Assembly: GCA_964016885.1 (NCBI GenBank)
Contig: OZ024758.1
Coordinates: 17,298,001 to 17,362,000, forward strand
DNA: 64,000 bases
DNA from: Eledone cirrhosa
Lineage: Eukaryota
Reading direction: 5' to 3'
A program made the translations under genes and the position numbers. Positions 1 to 12,559 of the stretch are shown piece after piece (the stretch's first letter is position 1; each line of letters starts with the position of its first letter). The notes beneath the pieces are model-generated. The model ran no database searches. It saw only the letters and a program-made list of their open reading frames with translations, and was not told where the DNA came from.

Positions 1-60
1 TTTAAAATGGGCAGTTTTATATTCTAAAACCAAACATGGTTTCAGAATGGTTGGTAACAC

Positions 61-400
61 TTCTTCTTATTCTTCGGTCAAGTTTACACTCACAAAGATT
101 CAACACACTTTCTCCAATCGTCCTGGGCGAGTATGATATTTCTCAGTTCATCGATGTTATCAATAGTGTTGGCATCTCTCCGAAGGGTATCAATGAATGA
201 GACGGCTTGTCTTCCCACGCTTCTTCATCCAACCGCCGGTTTCTAGAGCACAAGTTGTGATGCTATCTCTTCTGGATGACCGATGCAGTGCCCAGCGAGT
301 TTCATTCGTCTGAAGGCAACTTTTTTTAAGACTGGTGGTAGTGATCTGTAGAGTTCCTTATTTGTTTTCAAGCTTCTGTTTCCAAGTAATGTTGGCAACA
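61..400 (-). mobile_element. Degenerate RTE-clade LINE 3' end (post-RT C-terminus plus short tail)
   Basis: Minus-strand manual translation NITWKQKL/NKELYRSLPPVLKKVAFRRMKLAGHCIGHPEEIASQLVL*KPAVG*RSVGRQAVSFIDTLRRD..DDWRKCV matches the RTE C-terminal pattern (RxxxxGH..H, GR, D..W). Contains stops and a frameshift; ends in a (GAA)-like tail. Confidence 0.85.
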
Positions 401-1122
401 AGAAGGTTAAACCGATCTTCTAACAATGATTTTAACAAGAAATTTATAAATGAAGAACTCCATGCTGAATGCATATACATAAAAACATGCATTTATAGTA
501 AGATGTTCATTATATTTGCTTACCAAACATCCTCACATGCACCTTGATTAACAATAATGGGAAAACATGCATAATGTTTTGATTTTTCTTTCTAAATTTT
601 CTAATATATCAACATAAAAATAAAAGCTTCCTGATATAATGTAATTGTTCTGATTATATAATTGTAGTTGAAATTGTGTTATGAAATGTGAATAAGTTGC
701 TTTGTTTCTTTTTCTTTCTAACTTCCTTCATCTAAATATTTATCTACTACATGCCATTTGCTTGTTGAATATATGTACGATTATAAATAAATTAATAAAT
801 TAATTAATAAAAAATGTACTCTGTTAATATCAGATTGTGTTGACTACACAAAAATGATTATGAAATAAATGGCACCAAGAATAAATAAATCTGACATTGC
901 AAATCTTTACCTAATTAAATAATGCAAACTTCTATGTTTATTGTGATTTTAGTTGGTTTTTTTTAATGCAATTATAATCCTAACGTTTGAAACTATTATA
1001 ACAGTAATTGCTCGCCTAAAGGAACTTAACAATTGCGATCTTCAAAAAAGGTGGGATTCTTCAAATTGTGAAATAGTGTCAAAAGCATTAATCTGTTCCT
1101 TAGCATAAATCTAATGAAAATA

Positions 1123-1300
1123 CTTGTTTCTACTTTAGGCACAAGGCCAGCAATTACCCAGTGCATTACTGGTACTTTATTTTATCGACCCCATAAGGAT
1201 GAAAGGCAAAGTCAACCTCGGCGGGATTTGAACTCAGATCGTAAAGGGACGTAACTATGCTTGAAAGCATGGCGTCCGACCCTCTACCGATACTGCCAAT
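1123..1300 (-). mobile_element. tRNA-derived SINE family A
   Basis: Reverse complement of the ~190-bp consensus GGCGGTGGATTGGCAGTATCGGTAGAGGGTCGGACG...GAGTTCAAATCCC (B box)...GCCTTTCATCCTTACGGGGTCGATAAAATAAAGTACCAG...GGCCTTGTGCC..AAAGTAGAAACAAT, seen more than 25 times in the window. Confidence 0.9.
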
Positions 1301-1388
1301 GAAAATACTGCCTATGATTTTAAATAATTTCGAATACAATAAAGAAATTTGCAAGGCATTAGTGATATAATAAATTTGTTTCATTAAA

Positions 1389-1635
1389 TTGGCAATATCG
1401 GTAGAAGGTCGAATGCCATGCTTTGCAGCCCCTTATGGTCTGAGTCCAAATCCCACTGAGATTACGGACACTTATGGTCTGAGTTCAAATCTTGCCGAGA
1501 TTACCGTCCCTTATGGTCTGAGTTCAAATCCCGCTGAGATTAACTTTGCCTTTCATCCTTATTAGGTCGATAAAATAAAGTACCAGTAATGCACTGGGAT
1601 AATTGCTGGCCTTGTGCCAAAAGTAGAAACAATTT
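1389..1635 (+). mobile_element. SINE A with internal triplication of the B-box segment
   Basis: Three tandem ~39-bp units CCTTATGGTCTGAGTTCAAATCCCGCCGAGATTAC inside a SINE A copy. Confidence 0.85.
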
Positions 1636-1653
1636 TTATTATCATTATTGTAA

Positions 1654-1880
1654 GGGCGGTGGATTGGCAGTATCGATTGAGTATCGGACACCATGCTTTG
1701 TGGCATTGAGTAACGATCCTTTATGTTCTGAGTTCAAGTCCCATCGAGGTGAGCTTTGCCTTTCAACTTTACAGGGGGGTCGATAAAATAAAGTAACAGT
1801 AACGAACTCGGGTCAATTTAATTGACTTTCCCCTCCTCCAAAATATTGCTGGCCTTGTGCCTAAAGTAGAAACAATTATT
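1654..1880 (+). mobile_element. SINE A, long variant
   Basis: SINE A consensus plus an extra GGTCAATTTAATTGACTTTCCCCTCC segment before the 3' end. Confidence 0.85.
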
Positions 1881-2065
1881 AAGGTAGTGTATGGAACATA
1901 ACTAAATATACATTCTTACATTAAACTATGATGGAAGGATTTTATACAGATATAAACACATTAAAATATATAATCCCCTAATATAAAAACCAGAAGCAGT
2001 TTCAACTGGTTTGCTATCAAGCAACATATTGAAGTCTTTGAAAAGGAAAGAATGTCAGTTATGTT

Positions 2066-2535
2066 CATAATTGTTTCTACTTTAGGCACAAGGCCAGCAA
2101 TTACCCAGTGCATTACTGGTATTTTATTTTATTGATCCCGTAAGGATGAAAGGCAAAGTTAACCGCGGCGGGATTTGAACTCAGATCATAAAGGGACGTA
2201 ACTCTATGCTTCAAAGCATGGTGTCCGACTCTCTACCGATACTGCCAACCCATGTTACCTTATTTGATAAATCAGGATTTTCTATTCTTGCTGATGTCTA
2301 TCAGAAATATGTGACAAGTCTAAATGAAAACTCTAGCAAAGATTGCTTACAGTTACCAAGAAAAAAAAAAAAAATGTATGTGGTAGCATAATAATTGTTT
2401 CTACTTTCAGCACAAGGCCAGCAATTACCCCAGTGCATTACTGGTATTTTATTTTATTGATCCCATAAGGATGAAAGGAAAAGTTAACCACAACGGGATT
2501 TGAACTCAGACCGTAAAGGGACCTAACTCTATGCT
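2066..2535 (-). mobile_element. Two SINE A copies (~2066-2250, ~2388-2535)
   Basis: Reverse complements of the SINE A consensus. Confidence 0.85.
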
Positions 2536-2555
2536 GAGTGTATTTTAACAGTTAT

Positions 2556-2900
2556 GTGAAGCTGTGTGGCTGTGTGGTTAGGGTGTTGGATTCTCAATCA
2601 TGAGATTTTGAGTTTGATTACCAGATTGGGCATTGCATTGTGTCCATGGGCAAGACACTTTACCTCATATTGTTTGATTTTACTCAGCTGTAGAAATGAG
2701 ATATGATATATCTGGTGCTATGCTGTATCGTCCATTGACTTTCCCCTGGACAACATTGTTGGCATTCTGAGAGGAGACTGGTATGTATTGGCTAATGCTG
2801 GTCTTCTGCAAAATATCTTGCCAGAGCTTATGCCTTCGAAGGGAAACTTTCTAGGTGCAAATCCCATGGTCATACAAGACTGAAAGGGGTCTTTACAATT
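2556..2900 (+). mobile_element. tRNA-derived SINE family B (CORE-like head, distinct tail)
   Basis: A/B-box head TGGCTGTGTGGTTAGGG..GAGTTTGATT, CORE-like TGTGTCCATGGGCAAGACACTT..CTCAGCTGTAGAAATGAG; tail homologous to 55840-55980. Confidence 0.8.
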
Positions 2901-2969
2901 TATTTTACCAATTATGATGTTAGACTGTTAATGCTTTTCAATGTGAGTATCATTACTTAATATTACTTG

Positions 2970-3007
<38 letters not shown>

Positions 3008-3009
<2 letters not shown>

Positions 3010-3228
3010 GAAGGCGTGTGGCTGAGTGGTTAGAGAATTGGATTCACAATCGTAAGGTTGTGAGTTCGATTCCTGGACCAGGCGATGCGTTATGTCCTTG
3101 AGCAAGACACTTTATTTCACGTTGCTCCTTCTACTTGGAGTTGCGACCGATAGATAGTATTCGCAATTGGAAAGACCAACGGAAACACTGTTCCCTCGGT
3201 CCGATCTGACGAAATTCGATCGTTCCTT
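3008..3228 (+). mobile_element. SINE with B/C-type head and a different 3' part
   Basis: Head GAAGGCGTGTGGCTGAGTGGTTAGAG..GAGTTCGATTCC..GTCCTTGAGCAAGACAC; 3' part (GGAAAGACCAACGGAAACA) related to inverted segments at ~20005-20130 and ~21770-21850. Confidence 0.75.
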
Positions 3229-3247
3229 TTATATATATATATATATA

Positions 3248-3775
3248 TCATCATCATCATCATCACCATTTTACGTCCGTTCTTCCACACTAGCATGGTT
3301 TAGATGGGTTGTCCTGTTGTAGGCAGTGTCTGGTCGGCTGACCTTGTCTTGCTCATACGGGAACTGATTCTGGCTTGATTTCTACAGCTGGATGCCCTTC
3401 CTAACACCAACCTCATTTACAGTGAGTGCTGGGTGCTTTTTTGCCGTGGTGCCTATACATCCACTTTACAGTGGGAGGGGATGGAGGCATATTGTCTGTA
3501 TGCTTCAGCTTCGGCTTGTACCCGTGGGAAGTCGGGTCTTCTATATTACTGAGTGATGCCAGAGGTCATGGTCATGTATCATCGACCTTGAGCGGCGCAA
3601 TTGTGTAAGGTCGGCTTTTATCACCTCATCCCAGGTCTTCTTGGGTCACCCCACTCCGTGGCTTTCATCGACTTCTAGTGATCTGCACCTTTTTATGCAG
3701 CTGTCATCCTTCATACGCATCACATGTCTATACCAACGCAACCCCCTCTCCTGCCTTGCACGCAGCATTTGATTC

Positions 3776-3780
<5 letters not shown>
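3248..3780 (-). mobile_element. SINE C-type 3' part (~3248-3450) plus diverged RTE LINE fragment (~3545-3780)
   Basis: (CAT)n tail and CTGGATGCCCTTCCTAACACCAACC motif. The downstream piece encodes RLRWYRHVMRMKDDSCIKRCRSLEVDE..KKTWDE on the minus strand, homologous to the RTE at 50633. Confidence 0.8.
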
Positions 3781-3826
<46 letters not shown>

Positions 3827-4077
3827 CATGCTCCAAAAAGACTTTGTTTACTACATAAAAGGAATAAAAATTTATGTTAAAAAAAGACCTTGATCCTATT
3901 ATATAGGGAATATGCATATATGCCCCCCCCCTCCTACCTTATTTCCAGAGAGACCTGTCTACATGCAAATAATAAATAATATATACTAAATAAAATTGTT
4001 AATTTATATATAATAAATAATATAATATATACTAAGTATAAATAAATATTATATTTTTTCTAATTTACTATATTTAT

Positions 4078-4492
4078 ATTGGCAACCCTGACAAGTTTAC
4101 TTGGTGAGGAGGGTGATTTTGGACACCCTGCAGGACAAAAAACAAAACCTGACAAAGGGTGGAAGAACTCATAAGGGTCAACGGCCATCTAAAATCCTGC
4201 CAAATCAATGGGTGGCAGTAGATCCAGCTGCACACATCGAAAGACGGGTGTAGTGGTTCTGAGAACAATGCGGCTTTGCAGATGATCAATGCAAATTGAC
4301 AATGGAAAGGCACTCCCGCTCGAGTTAGAAGAGAACTATTGACCTTCAGTAGAAGCAGCAACCCCTGATTGTATTCAGCAACTGAAACACATATGAAGTA
4401 CACCGAATCCAATGCTCCTAGGGGTAGCACTGGTTCTTCTTATTTGCAAGTGTAAACTCGGCCAGATTAGATTAGATTAGATTAGATTAGAT
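4078..4492 (+). mobile_element. Unclassified non-autonomous retroposon with (GATTA)n tail
   Basis: GC-richer ~400-bp block ending GTGTAAACTCGGCCA(GATTA)5; its terminus resembles GTGTAAACTTGACCG at the RTE 3' end at 61-400. Confidence 0.5.
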
Positions 4493-4826
4493 TTATATAT
4501 AATATGTATCATTCGATATTTAATATATTATATCATCTCTACAACCCTCTTTTGATCCAGTGTTCCCTTAGACCTACTCAACGCCACCCGGGAGGTGGTA
4601 GCCCCCACTTTGAGAACCTCTGGACTAGAGTAATATAAAATGAAGTGTTGTGCTCAAGGACACATCATACCAGCCATTCAAAGACTTGAATCCATAACTT
4701 TATGATCATAAGACCAACATCTGCCTCAGTAAGTCACATACCTTCTTTCTCCAAATATATAAATACTAGTGAAGGATTGAAATCAATTTAATTGACTATA
4801 TTCTTTCCCAAAATTTGTGACATTGA

Positions 4827-5343
4827 TCTATATATATAAAACTGTGGTTGTCTGTCTGTCTATCGATTTTTGGCACACATCTCCTCTTAGAATCTCTCAC
4901 GGAATTGCACCGAAATTGCTATACTTGTACATTGAGCCCTAGTGAAGACATCGGAAAAAAAAAAATTTCAAATTGACCCGCCCTATGTGACGAAATCGAA
5001 TATAATGTATCGATTTTTGAGCGTAAGTTATCAGTTATTTCCCTTTGTTCTGTTTACATTGAGCGTCTTACGTAAAAAATTACGCTGGCTTTCTCAGTCT
5101 TTGTTAATAAATAACCAGTGCAGTTTTTATCCCCAGCATCCTCTTTTGTTATAACATTCGGGTTATCGTTATGTTTTCTTAACTTCATAAGGCATATTGT
5201 TGGTTGAGGGAATATTAATCAAAAACACCACATGCAAGTCTGCACAGTAGACACTACAGTTTTTAAGCCAAAAAAGAAACTTAACATTGTAACTTTAACA
5301 CAGCTACTGAGCGACCCCGAGCAACTCCGGGCTTTACTGCTAG
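4827..5343 (+). mobile_element. Non-autonomous Helitron
   Basis: Inserted between A and T; starts TCTATATATATAAAAC; subterminal hairpin CCCG-AGCAACTC-CGGG; ends CTAG; no TSD. Confidence 0.85.
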
Positions 5344-5714
5344 TACTATATAAAAATAAAACATTATTTTAATTCATAGAGAATCAAGCGAGGTTACAAA
5401 TTGATGCATGCAATAAGTGTCTATATTCTGAAAAAAGTTTTGAAGAGACTTAAGAAACTTGAAGCAGTATTTTATATTATAGATATATATATACACATAT
5501 CTAATATTCACACATATATGTATACACATACACACACATATATATATAAACATATATATACATATATAAATATACACATATGTATATGCATATATATATA
5601 TACATATACTAATATACACATTTTATAGATACATACATACGCACACACATATATTTATATATGCATATAAATATATATATGCATATAAATATATATATGC
5701 ATATAAATATACGT

Positions 5715-5955
5715 AGGTGTCACGACAAAAAAACACACAGTCCACGCTGTAATTTGGCCGTGTAGGTAACACGGTAAAAACCTCCCAGCCCCACACTGTA
5801 AATGTGGTTGGTGTTAGGAAGGGCATCCAGCCGTAGAAAACCCGCCAGACAGTCCTATGCGAGCAGGACAACCAATCTTGCCTCAAGTGGGAAAACTCCC
5901 GTCCAAACCCATGCAAGCGTGGAATATGGATGTTAAACGATGATGATGATGATGA
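5715..5955 (+). mobile_element. SINE C-related 3' body with (GAT)n tail
   Basis: GTTGGTGTTAGGAAGGGCATCCAGCCGTAGAAAA...CCCATGCAAGCGTGGAA..GTTAAAC(GAT)n; homologous to 51721-52085 (-), 53230-53410 and 31760-32092. Confidence 0.8.
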
Positions 5956-6087
5956 TACCTACATATATCATCATCATCGTTTAACGTCCATTTTCCACGC
6001 TAGCATGAGTTTGGATGATCGCGGCCCCGGGTAGCCCAGAAGGTAGAGACCATTCTTTTAAATTCAAAAAATAAAAATATAAGTATT

Positions 6088-6110
6088 TATACATATATAT
6101 ATATATATAG

Positions 6111-6142
<32 letters not shown>

Positions 6143-6556
6143 TTATATATATATATATTTATATATATACTTATATATATACTTATATATATATATATTT
6201 ATATATATACTTATATATATACTTATATATATATATATTTATATATATACTTATATATATATATATTTATATTTATACTTATATATATACTTATATATAT
6301 ATATACTTATACATATACATATATACATATACATATATATATATACATATACATATATATATATACTTATATATATATACATATACATATATATATATAC
6401 TTATATATATATATACTTATATATATATATATATACTTATATATATATACTTATATATATATACTTATATATATATATATACTTATATATATATATATAC
6501 TTATATATATATACTTATATATATATATATACTTATATATATATATATACTATACT

Positions 6557-6593
<37 letters not shown>

Positions 6594-6653
6594 ATATATA
6601 TACTATATATATATATATATACTTATATATATATACTTATATATATATATATA

Positions 6654-6686
<33 letters not shown>

Positions 6687-6933
6687 TTATATATACTTAT
6701 ATATATATATATATATACACTTATATATATATACTATATATATATATATATACTTATATATATATACTTATATATATATACTTATATATATATATATATA
6801 TATATACTTATATATACTTATATATATATATATATACACTTATATATATATATATATATACACTTATATATATATATATATATATATATATACTTATATA
6901 AGTATATATATATATATATATATACTTATATAA

Positions 6934-6988
<55 letters not shown>
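6088..6988. repeat. (TA)n/TACTTA microsatellite block
   Basis: Direct inspection. Confidence 0.95.
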
Positions 6989-6994
<6 letters not shown>

Positions 6995-7966
6995 GATTTA
7001 GAAAGCAATGAAGGAAGTAGGCGTAGACTAGTATATTCTCTGAATTTCTAAATCTCTTCTATGCGCTATTCACTATTTCCTTTTAGAAACTTTTCTTTCA
7101 TTCTTTCAACTCGAGCTGAATTTTGAAAATATATTTTCTTAACTTTCTATTTCAATCTGTCTCGTTTGCATGATTTTCACTATTTCAACTATGTCTTTCT
7201 TTTGAATGCATCTCTCTCTATAGAATCAGAGTTGTACATAGAAAACACTTTCATTTTGAATCTTCTAGATATTTGCATTTGTCTTTCTCTCATATCACCT
7301 CATATATATTTAAATATGTATTAACGTGACTACATCATTGGCTATATTAACACACTTGTAAAAATGCCAAAATTTTTATACTTATATAAAAATAAATTTG
7401 GAATAGAATGTGCTGCCGCTCGGATTTAACCAGTTCATCGATCATCAGTGTGTTCTTCCAGTTCAAAGTTATTGATAAAAAATGAAATAAGGAAGAGAAT
7501 GATTTGAAAAATGCAGAAACTACTCTCATGTATTGAAAGTTTAAGTACTGGTTAGTGGTTTGATGTCACATGTTATTTTGTCCTCCCATACACATACACA
7601 CATGTGTGAGCATGTGTATGTGTGTCAGTGTGTGTCATAGCCTGTGTGTGTGTCTGGGTATGGGTGGCATATTGCTCAAGTGCTTTGCAGTAGTCACAAA
7701 TGATCATGGGAGTAATTTAATAATTTAGCCATAGAGATGTCAACATAAATGGACCTGTTATTTTTATCTAAAGACATTTTTTCTAAATCCAACCCACCCA
7801 TCCCCTCAATCTATCTTATTTCTTATGATGATGATGATGATGATATATAAGCCTGATGCTTGAGATTTTGCCATTTCAACAGCAAAAATCAGAGTCTAGA
7901 ATTTGCTATTGAAATGGCAAGACCATTGGGCTTCAACTCTCTAATATATATATATATATGTATGTA

Positions 7967-8562
7967 TACTGATTAATGTTCAGAGCCATCCTCAGCATTC
8001 TCGTGTAGCACCCATCCACCATCTGAGTGAGTTTCTTGGTCAGTGTCCAGGTCTCAGACCCGTACAGCAGCACAGACTCCACTACAGCAATGAAGAGGCG
8101 GATTTTCAGGTCTTTATGAAGGTCCGACTTCCACACCGATCTCAAGCTGTGGCACGCCGCCTAGGCTTTGCTCTTCCTCTCAACCACATCATCTTCCGTA
8201 TTCCCAATCTTTGCTCCCAAATACAGGAAGCCCTCAACCAATTCTAGCGGCTTCCCACCTACATTAGTGATCGCCTGTGGCTTCACAACATTCTCTACCA
8301 GAAAGTCAGCTCAAAAGTGACACAGAGGAGACAGAGGTTAGTTGGACATGCTCACCGACATCCAGAGTTGACATTGCACTCAGTGCTCCTGTGGGAGCCT
8401 CTACATGGACACACTAGAAGAGGAAGACCAAGGTTAACGTATGTTGATGCCCTAAGGACAGACACTGGTCTGTTGGAGACGCAGGACATGGCAGCGATAA
8501 TAAGGGACAGAGACCGCTGGAGAGAACTCGTCCTTGGATCTCGGGAATTTTATCCGCCTTAG
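7967..8562. mobile_element. 5'-inverted, truncated RTE LINE insertion (7967-~8290 minus; ~8293-8562 plus)
   Basis: Minus part: LELVEGFLYLG..SVWKSDLHKDLKIRLFIAVVESVLLYGSETWTLTKKLTQMVDGCYTRMLRMALNI. Plus part: QRRQRLVGHAHRHPE..LLWEPLHGHTRRGRPRLTYVD..DRDRWR. These are consecutive RTE regions in opposite orientation. Confidence 0.9.
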
Positions 8563-8743
8563 ATATGTATATATACACACTAGATATATATGTGTGTGTG
8601 TGTGTGTGTGTAAATATATACATATTTAAATTGAAATTGACAGAAAAAAACAGAGCATTTGAGTAAACAATTAGATATATAGATGAAAATGTTTGCTTTT
8701 TATAAATCAGTTATGTTTTTCTGTTTTTTCTGTTCAAATTCTA

Positions 8744-8802
8744 GCTGTCTGATGAGGTCATAGATGTTGCATAATGGTTATCACCAAAATATATATAACA
8801 GC
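8744..8802 (+). ncRNA. Degenerate type I hammerhead motif
   Basis: GCTGT-CTGATGA-GGTCATA..TATCACC-AAAA-TATATAT-A-ACAGC: stem I GCTGT/ACAGC and core CUGAUGA, but GAAA reads AAAA. Confidence 0.55.
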
Positions 8803-8866
8803 GAATATGAATAAACAAAGTTAATGTTAACCTTACACTTCTTGTTTATATTTCAATACATATATC

Positions 8867-8909
<43 letters not shown>

Positions 8910-8974
8910 CCACTCACAATAAGCATGAACCTAATATTTTTCGTAACTTGTACTCCTGTGTTGTTTTTTACTTT

Positions 8975-9023
<49 letters not shown>

Positions 9024-9530
9024 TAGTAATACATATATCATATGTTTCATTTATAATCATTAATATTAACTAAATGATTACCATATATATTCTAGTCTAG
9101 TATGCTTTAATTTACATAATAAAATTTCATGTTTATATTGCTAACATTTTAACAATGCTTATATTAATTATTATTAAAATTGTAAATATTTTTTTAGGAT
9201 TGATTACCTTCATCTTTCATATTACAATTAAAAATTCAATAAAACAAAATACAATGAAATTAAGAAAATACAGTTTTTGAAAGGTGAAACAACATGATAA
9301 GGTTAAATTTATTGTCAGTTCATGATTGTATTGCTATTTTCCAAATTCACAAATGGTTGAACTGATAAAAGACCAGTAAGATCAATACATTCTACCATGT
9401 GATAGCTGCTACACTGTTATCATAGTAATACATTTAATTGTTGTTAGCTCATGTTAGCTCAGGTCATCTAAATTAGATGTTCTCAAACTAAGCGCTACAT
9501 AATTTTATAATTTTATATAAGGACCATACA

Positions 9531-9769
9531 TTAACCATTTATCATTTAAACCAGCCATATCTGGCCTTATCTGGCCAGCATTCTTTCACCTCTTTATGTC
9601 CAAACTAGCTGTAACTGGCCCTTCATACTGATGTTAAGGTATTGTTCTCAAAATAAATAATATCAAAATCTCATAGATTCGATATTATGTGAGATAGTTA
9701 CATAAAATAAAGCCTTTTCTGTGAAAATACCGTAGTAAATATAGAGTAATGTAAGTGCTAAAGGGTTAA
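9531..9769 (+). mobile_element. piggyBac-like MITE family M1
   Basis: Flanked by TTAA at both ends; family TIR CCCTTTAGCATTTA/TAAATGCTAAAGGG (diverged here); ~230 bp. Confidence 0.8.
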
Positions 9770-10262
9770 ACTACAATAGTACTAACGAAATAATTAATAA
9801 TTCTAGTAAATCCCTCAAAATTCTTCATGAATTATTTAAAAGAGAGTATATTTTATTAGAAATGCAGTCACATAAGGGTTAAAAAAAGGATCAAAGCTTA
9901 TGAAATAGGTGTCACCTCTGGGAAATATTGTAGGTTATGTAATATGTATGTTATCTCAGATTTCAATGAGTTATCTCCTTATATCCTTTTTCATTGAAAT
10001 GCAGTCATGAAAGGGTTAATTCATTAAGCTCAAGGACTTTATGCACTTGTGTTTTTTAAGCAAGCTAAAATTATATTTATTGGAACAAAATTTAAATGTT
10101 TAAATTTGCCGTAAAATATTACAATTCACAAATGTTAGCATAGATAAATGGCCACAAAAACGTGAAATGAAATACTTTACAAATATATTTGCTTTTCTGA
10201 TAATGTGTTAAATAACTATACAAAATTATGTATTCATACTAATTATCAGAACAAAGGTTTAA

Positions 10263-10523
10263 TTAACTCTTTTGATAAAGCAAACCACCTGAAACTACCC
10301 TGTAATCTATGAAACAAAACTATTTGTTTTAAAATGTTTATATTTATCTAAGCACTTTCCATCATCATTCTCTCTAAGAACTTTTGTTATGTTTCAAACA
10401 CCAATTTAATAATGAGAAAGTTAGTTATATTGGTAAATCCATTAACATATTTGATTATTTTCAAAATTATTTGAAAACCATAGGCAATGCCTTACAATAA
10501 ACATATACAAACAAAAGGGTTAA
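10263..10523 (+). mobile_element. Second TTAA-flanked MITE family M2
   Basis: TTAACTCTTTTG...CAAAAGGGTTAA; related pieces at ~35075-35166 and inverted at ~53860-54127. Confidence 0.65.
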
Positions 10524-10702
10524 TGTAAAGTATTTCAGTATTTCAGAACCAAATAGCTATGTTCTTAGAAACAGGGACAAAAGAAATTTTAGTTCTATAT
10601 TTTTTCCAGTCCTTCAACATTTAGAATGATATTTCTAAGAATTTTCATTTCATAAACTAGAATTAAATTTGTCTCATCATAAATTTAGAATTTGAATTTA
10701 AA

Positions 10703-10890
10703 ATAATTGTTTCTACTTTAGGCACAAGGCCAGCAATTACCCAGTGCATTACTGGTACTTTATTTTATCGCCCCCGTAAGGATGAAAGGCAAAGTCAACC
10801 TCGGCGGGATTTGAACTCAGATCGTAAAGGGACGTAACAATGCTGGAAAGCATGGCGTCCGACCCTCTACCGATACTGCCAATCCACCGC
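10703..10890 (-). mobile_element. SINE A
   Basis: Near-consensus copy; flanked by TTTGAATTTAAAATAAT on both sides (TSD-like). Confidence 0.9.
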
Positions 10891-11309
10891 TCTTCATTAT
10901 TTTAAATTTGAATTTAAAATAATGAAGTTTTTTATTGATTAGAATTCAAATGCTATATCACTTTATAAAAGCCAGGATGAGGGAATTGCACTTTGAAAGC
11001 AGTCACATTAGGCGGGCTGGTTAATAAATTAAATATTTTAAGCTCTTCCTCTTGGTAATTTCATACTGAGCTGAAAGAGTGAGGAGTTTGTTTGTCTTTG
11101 TATTTGGTTTTACTGTGTATGTTTGAAAACTGGAAATAAATGTTTACTTCAGAAAAGACAATTTTAGATTTCAATTTTTCAATTCCAGATTTAAACGTTG
11201 CAATTATACCTCGAGCAAGAGACTTCTACTATAGCCGTGGGTTGACCAATGCCTCTTGAGTGAAATTTGGTTGATGGATTGAAAGAAAATGTATGGAAAC
11301 CTTGGAGTG

Positions 11310-11365
<56 letters not shown>

Positions 11366-11808
11366 GATATATAGATATATATACACACACATACATACAT
11401 ATATATACAGACACATACATATATATATACACACATACAGACATATATATACAGATACATACATATATATATATACACACATACATATATATATATATAT
11501 ACACATATATATATACACACACACATATATATATATATATACACACATATATACACATAGATACATATATATATACACACACATATATACACATACATAC
11601 ATATATATATACACATACATATATATATATACACATACATATATATATACACATGCATATAAATATATACACATACATATATATATACACACATATATAT
11701 ATACACACATATATATATATATATACACATATATATATATATACACATACATATATATATACACACATATATATATATATATATATACACATACATATAT
11801 ATACATAT

Positions 11809-11849
<41 letters not shown>

Positions 11850-12253
11850 CATATATATATATATATAGATACACATACATACATTTATATATATACATAC
11901 ACATACATACATATATATACATACACATACATACATATATATATATACATACACATACATATATATATATATATACATACACATACATATATATATATAC
12001 ATACACATACATATATATATATATAAACATACACATACATAAATACATATATATATATACATACATACACATACATACATATATGTGCATACATACATAT
12101 ATATACATATATATACATACATACGTATATATACATACACATATATATACACATATATACACGTACATACATATATATACATACACATATATATATACAC
12201 ATATATACATATATATATATACATACATACACATATATACACATACATACATG

Positions 12254-12291
<38 letters not shown>

Positions 12292-12292
12292 T
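11310..12292. repeat. (TA)n/(CA)n compound microsatellite
   Basis: Direct inspection; source of the 365-aa YIYI ORFs. Confidence 0.95.
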
Positions 12293-12304
12293 AGTAATAA
12301 TAAT

Positions 12305-12555
12305 AAGTTTGAAGACTAAAATCCAAAGAGGGCTCGATAAGGATAAATATATATCAAATATATAAGAACCGTTCTTTGCCAGGGAACGTTTCCACGAACC
12401 AAAATATCGTCTTCCTGTCTTCCTTCGGTTGCAACGTTTTTCAAAATATTTACTTCTGCGTTCACCGATTAATTATTTTAGTTTCAGAAGATCTCGTTAA
12501 GAGTGAAAGCAACGATTCTTTGCTTAAACTTTAATCGGTTATTTTAATATATATA
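12305..12555 (+). mobile_element. Hammerhead-containing repeat (PLE pseudo-LTR or retrozyme-like family H1)
   Basis: Head TGAAGACTAAAATCCAAAGAGGGCTCGATAAGG, a body, then a hammerhead fold at 12464-12539; related copies at 19228-19452, 30296-30450, 39072-39100 (-) and 42790-42832. Confidence 0.75.
12464..12539 (+). ncRNA. Type I hammerhead fold with variant core CAGAAGA
   Basis: ACCGATTAA..AGTTT-CAGAAGA-T-CTC(GTTAA)GAG-T-GAAA-GCAA(CGATTCT)TTGC-TT-AAACT-TTAATCGGT; all three stems form. Confidence 0.7.
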
Positions 12556-12559
12556 TAAC

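Noticed and set aside
7347-7460. Minus-strand AACACA-CTGATGA with a distant GTGTGTT complement
   Set aside because: No GAAA or stem III in the proper position.
11191-12326. Long Y/I/C/V-rich ORFs (also 27174-28109, 58756-60420 and many others)
   Set aside because: Translations of (TA)n/(CA)n microsatellites, open in multiple frames.
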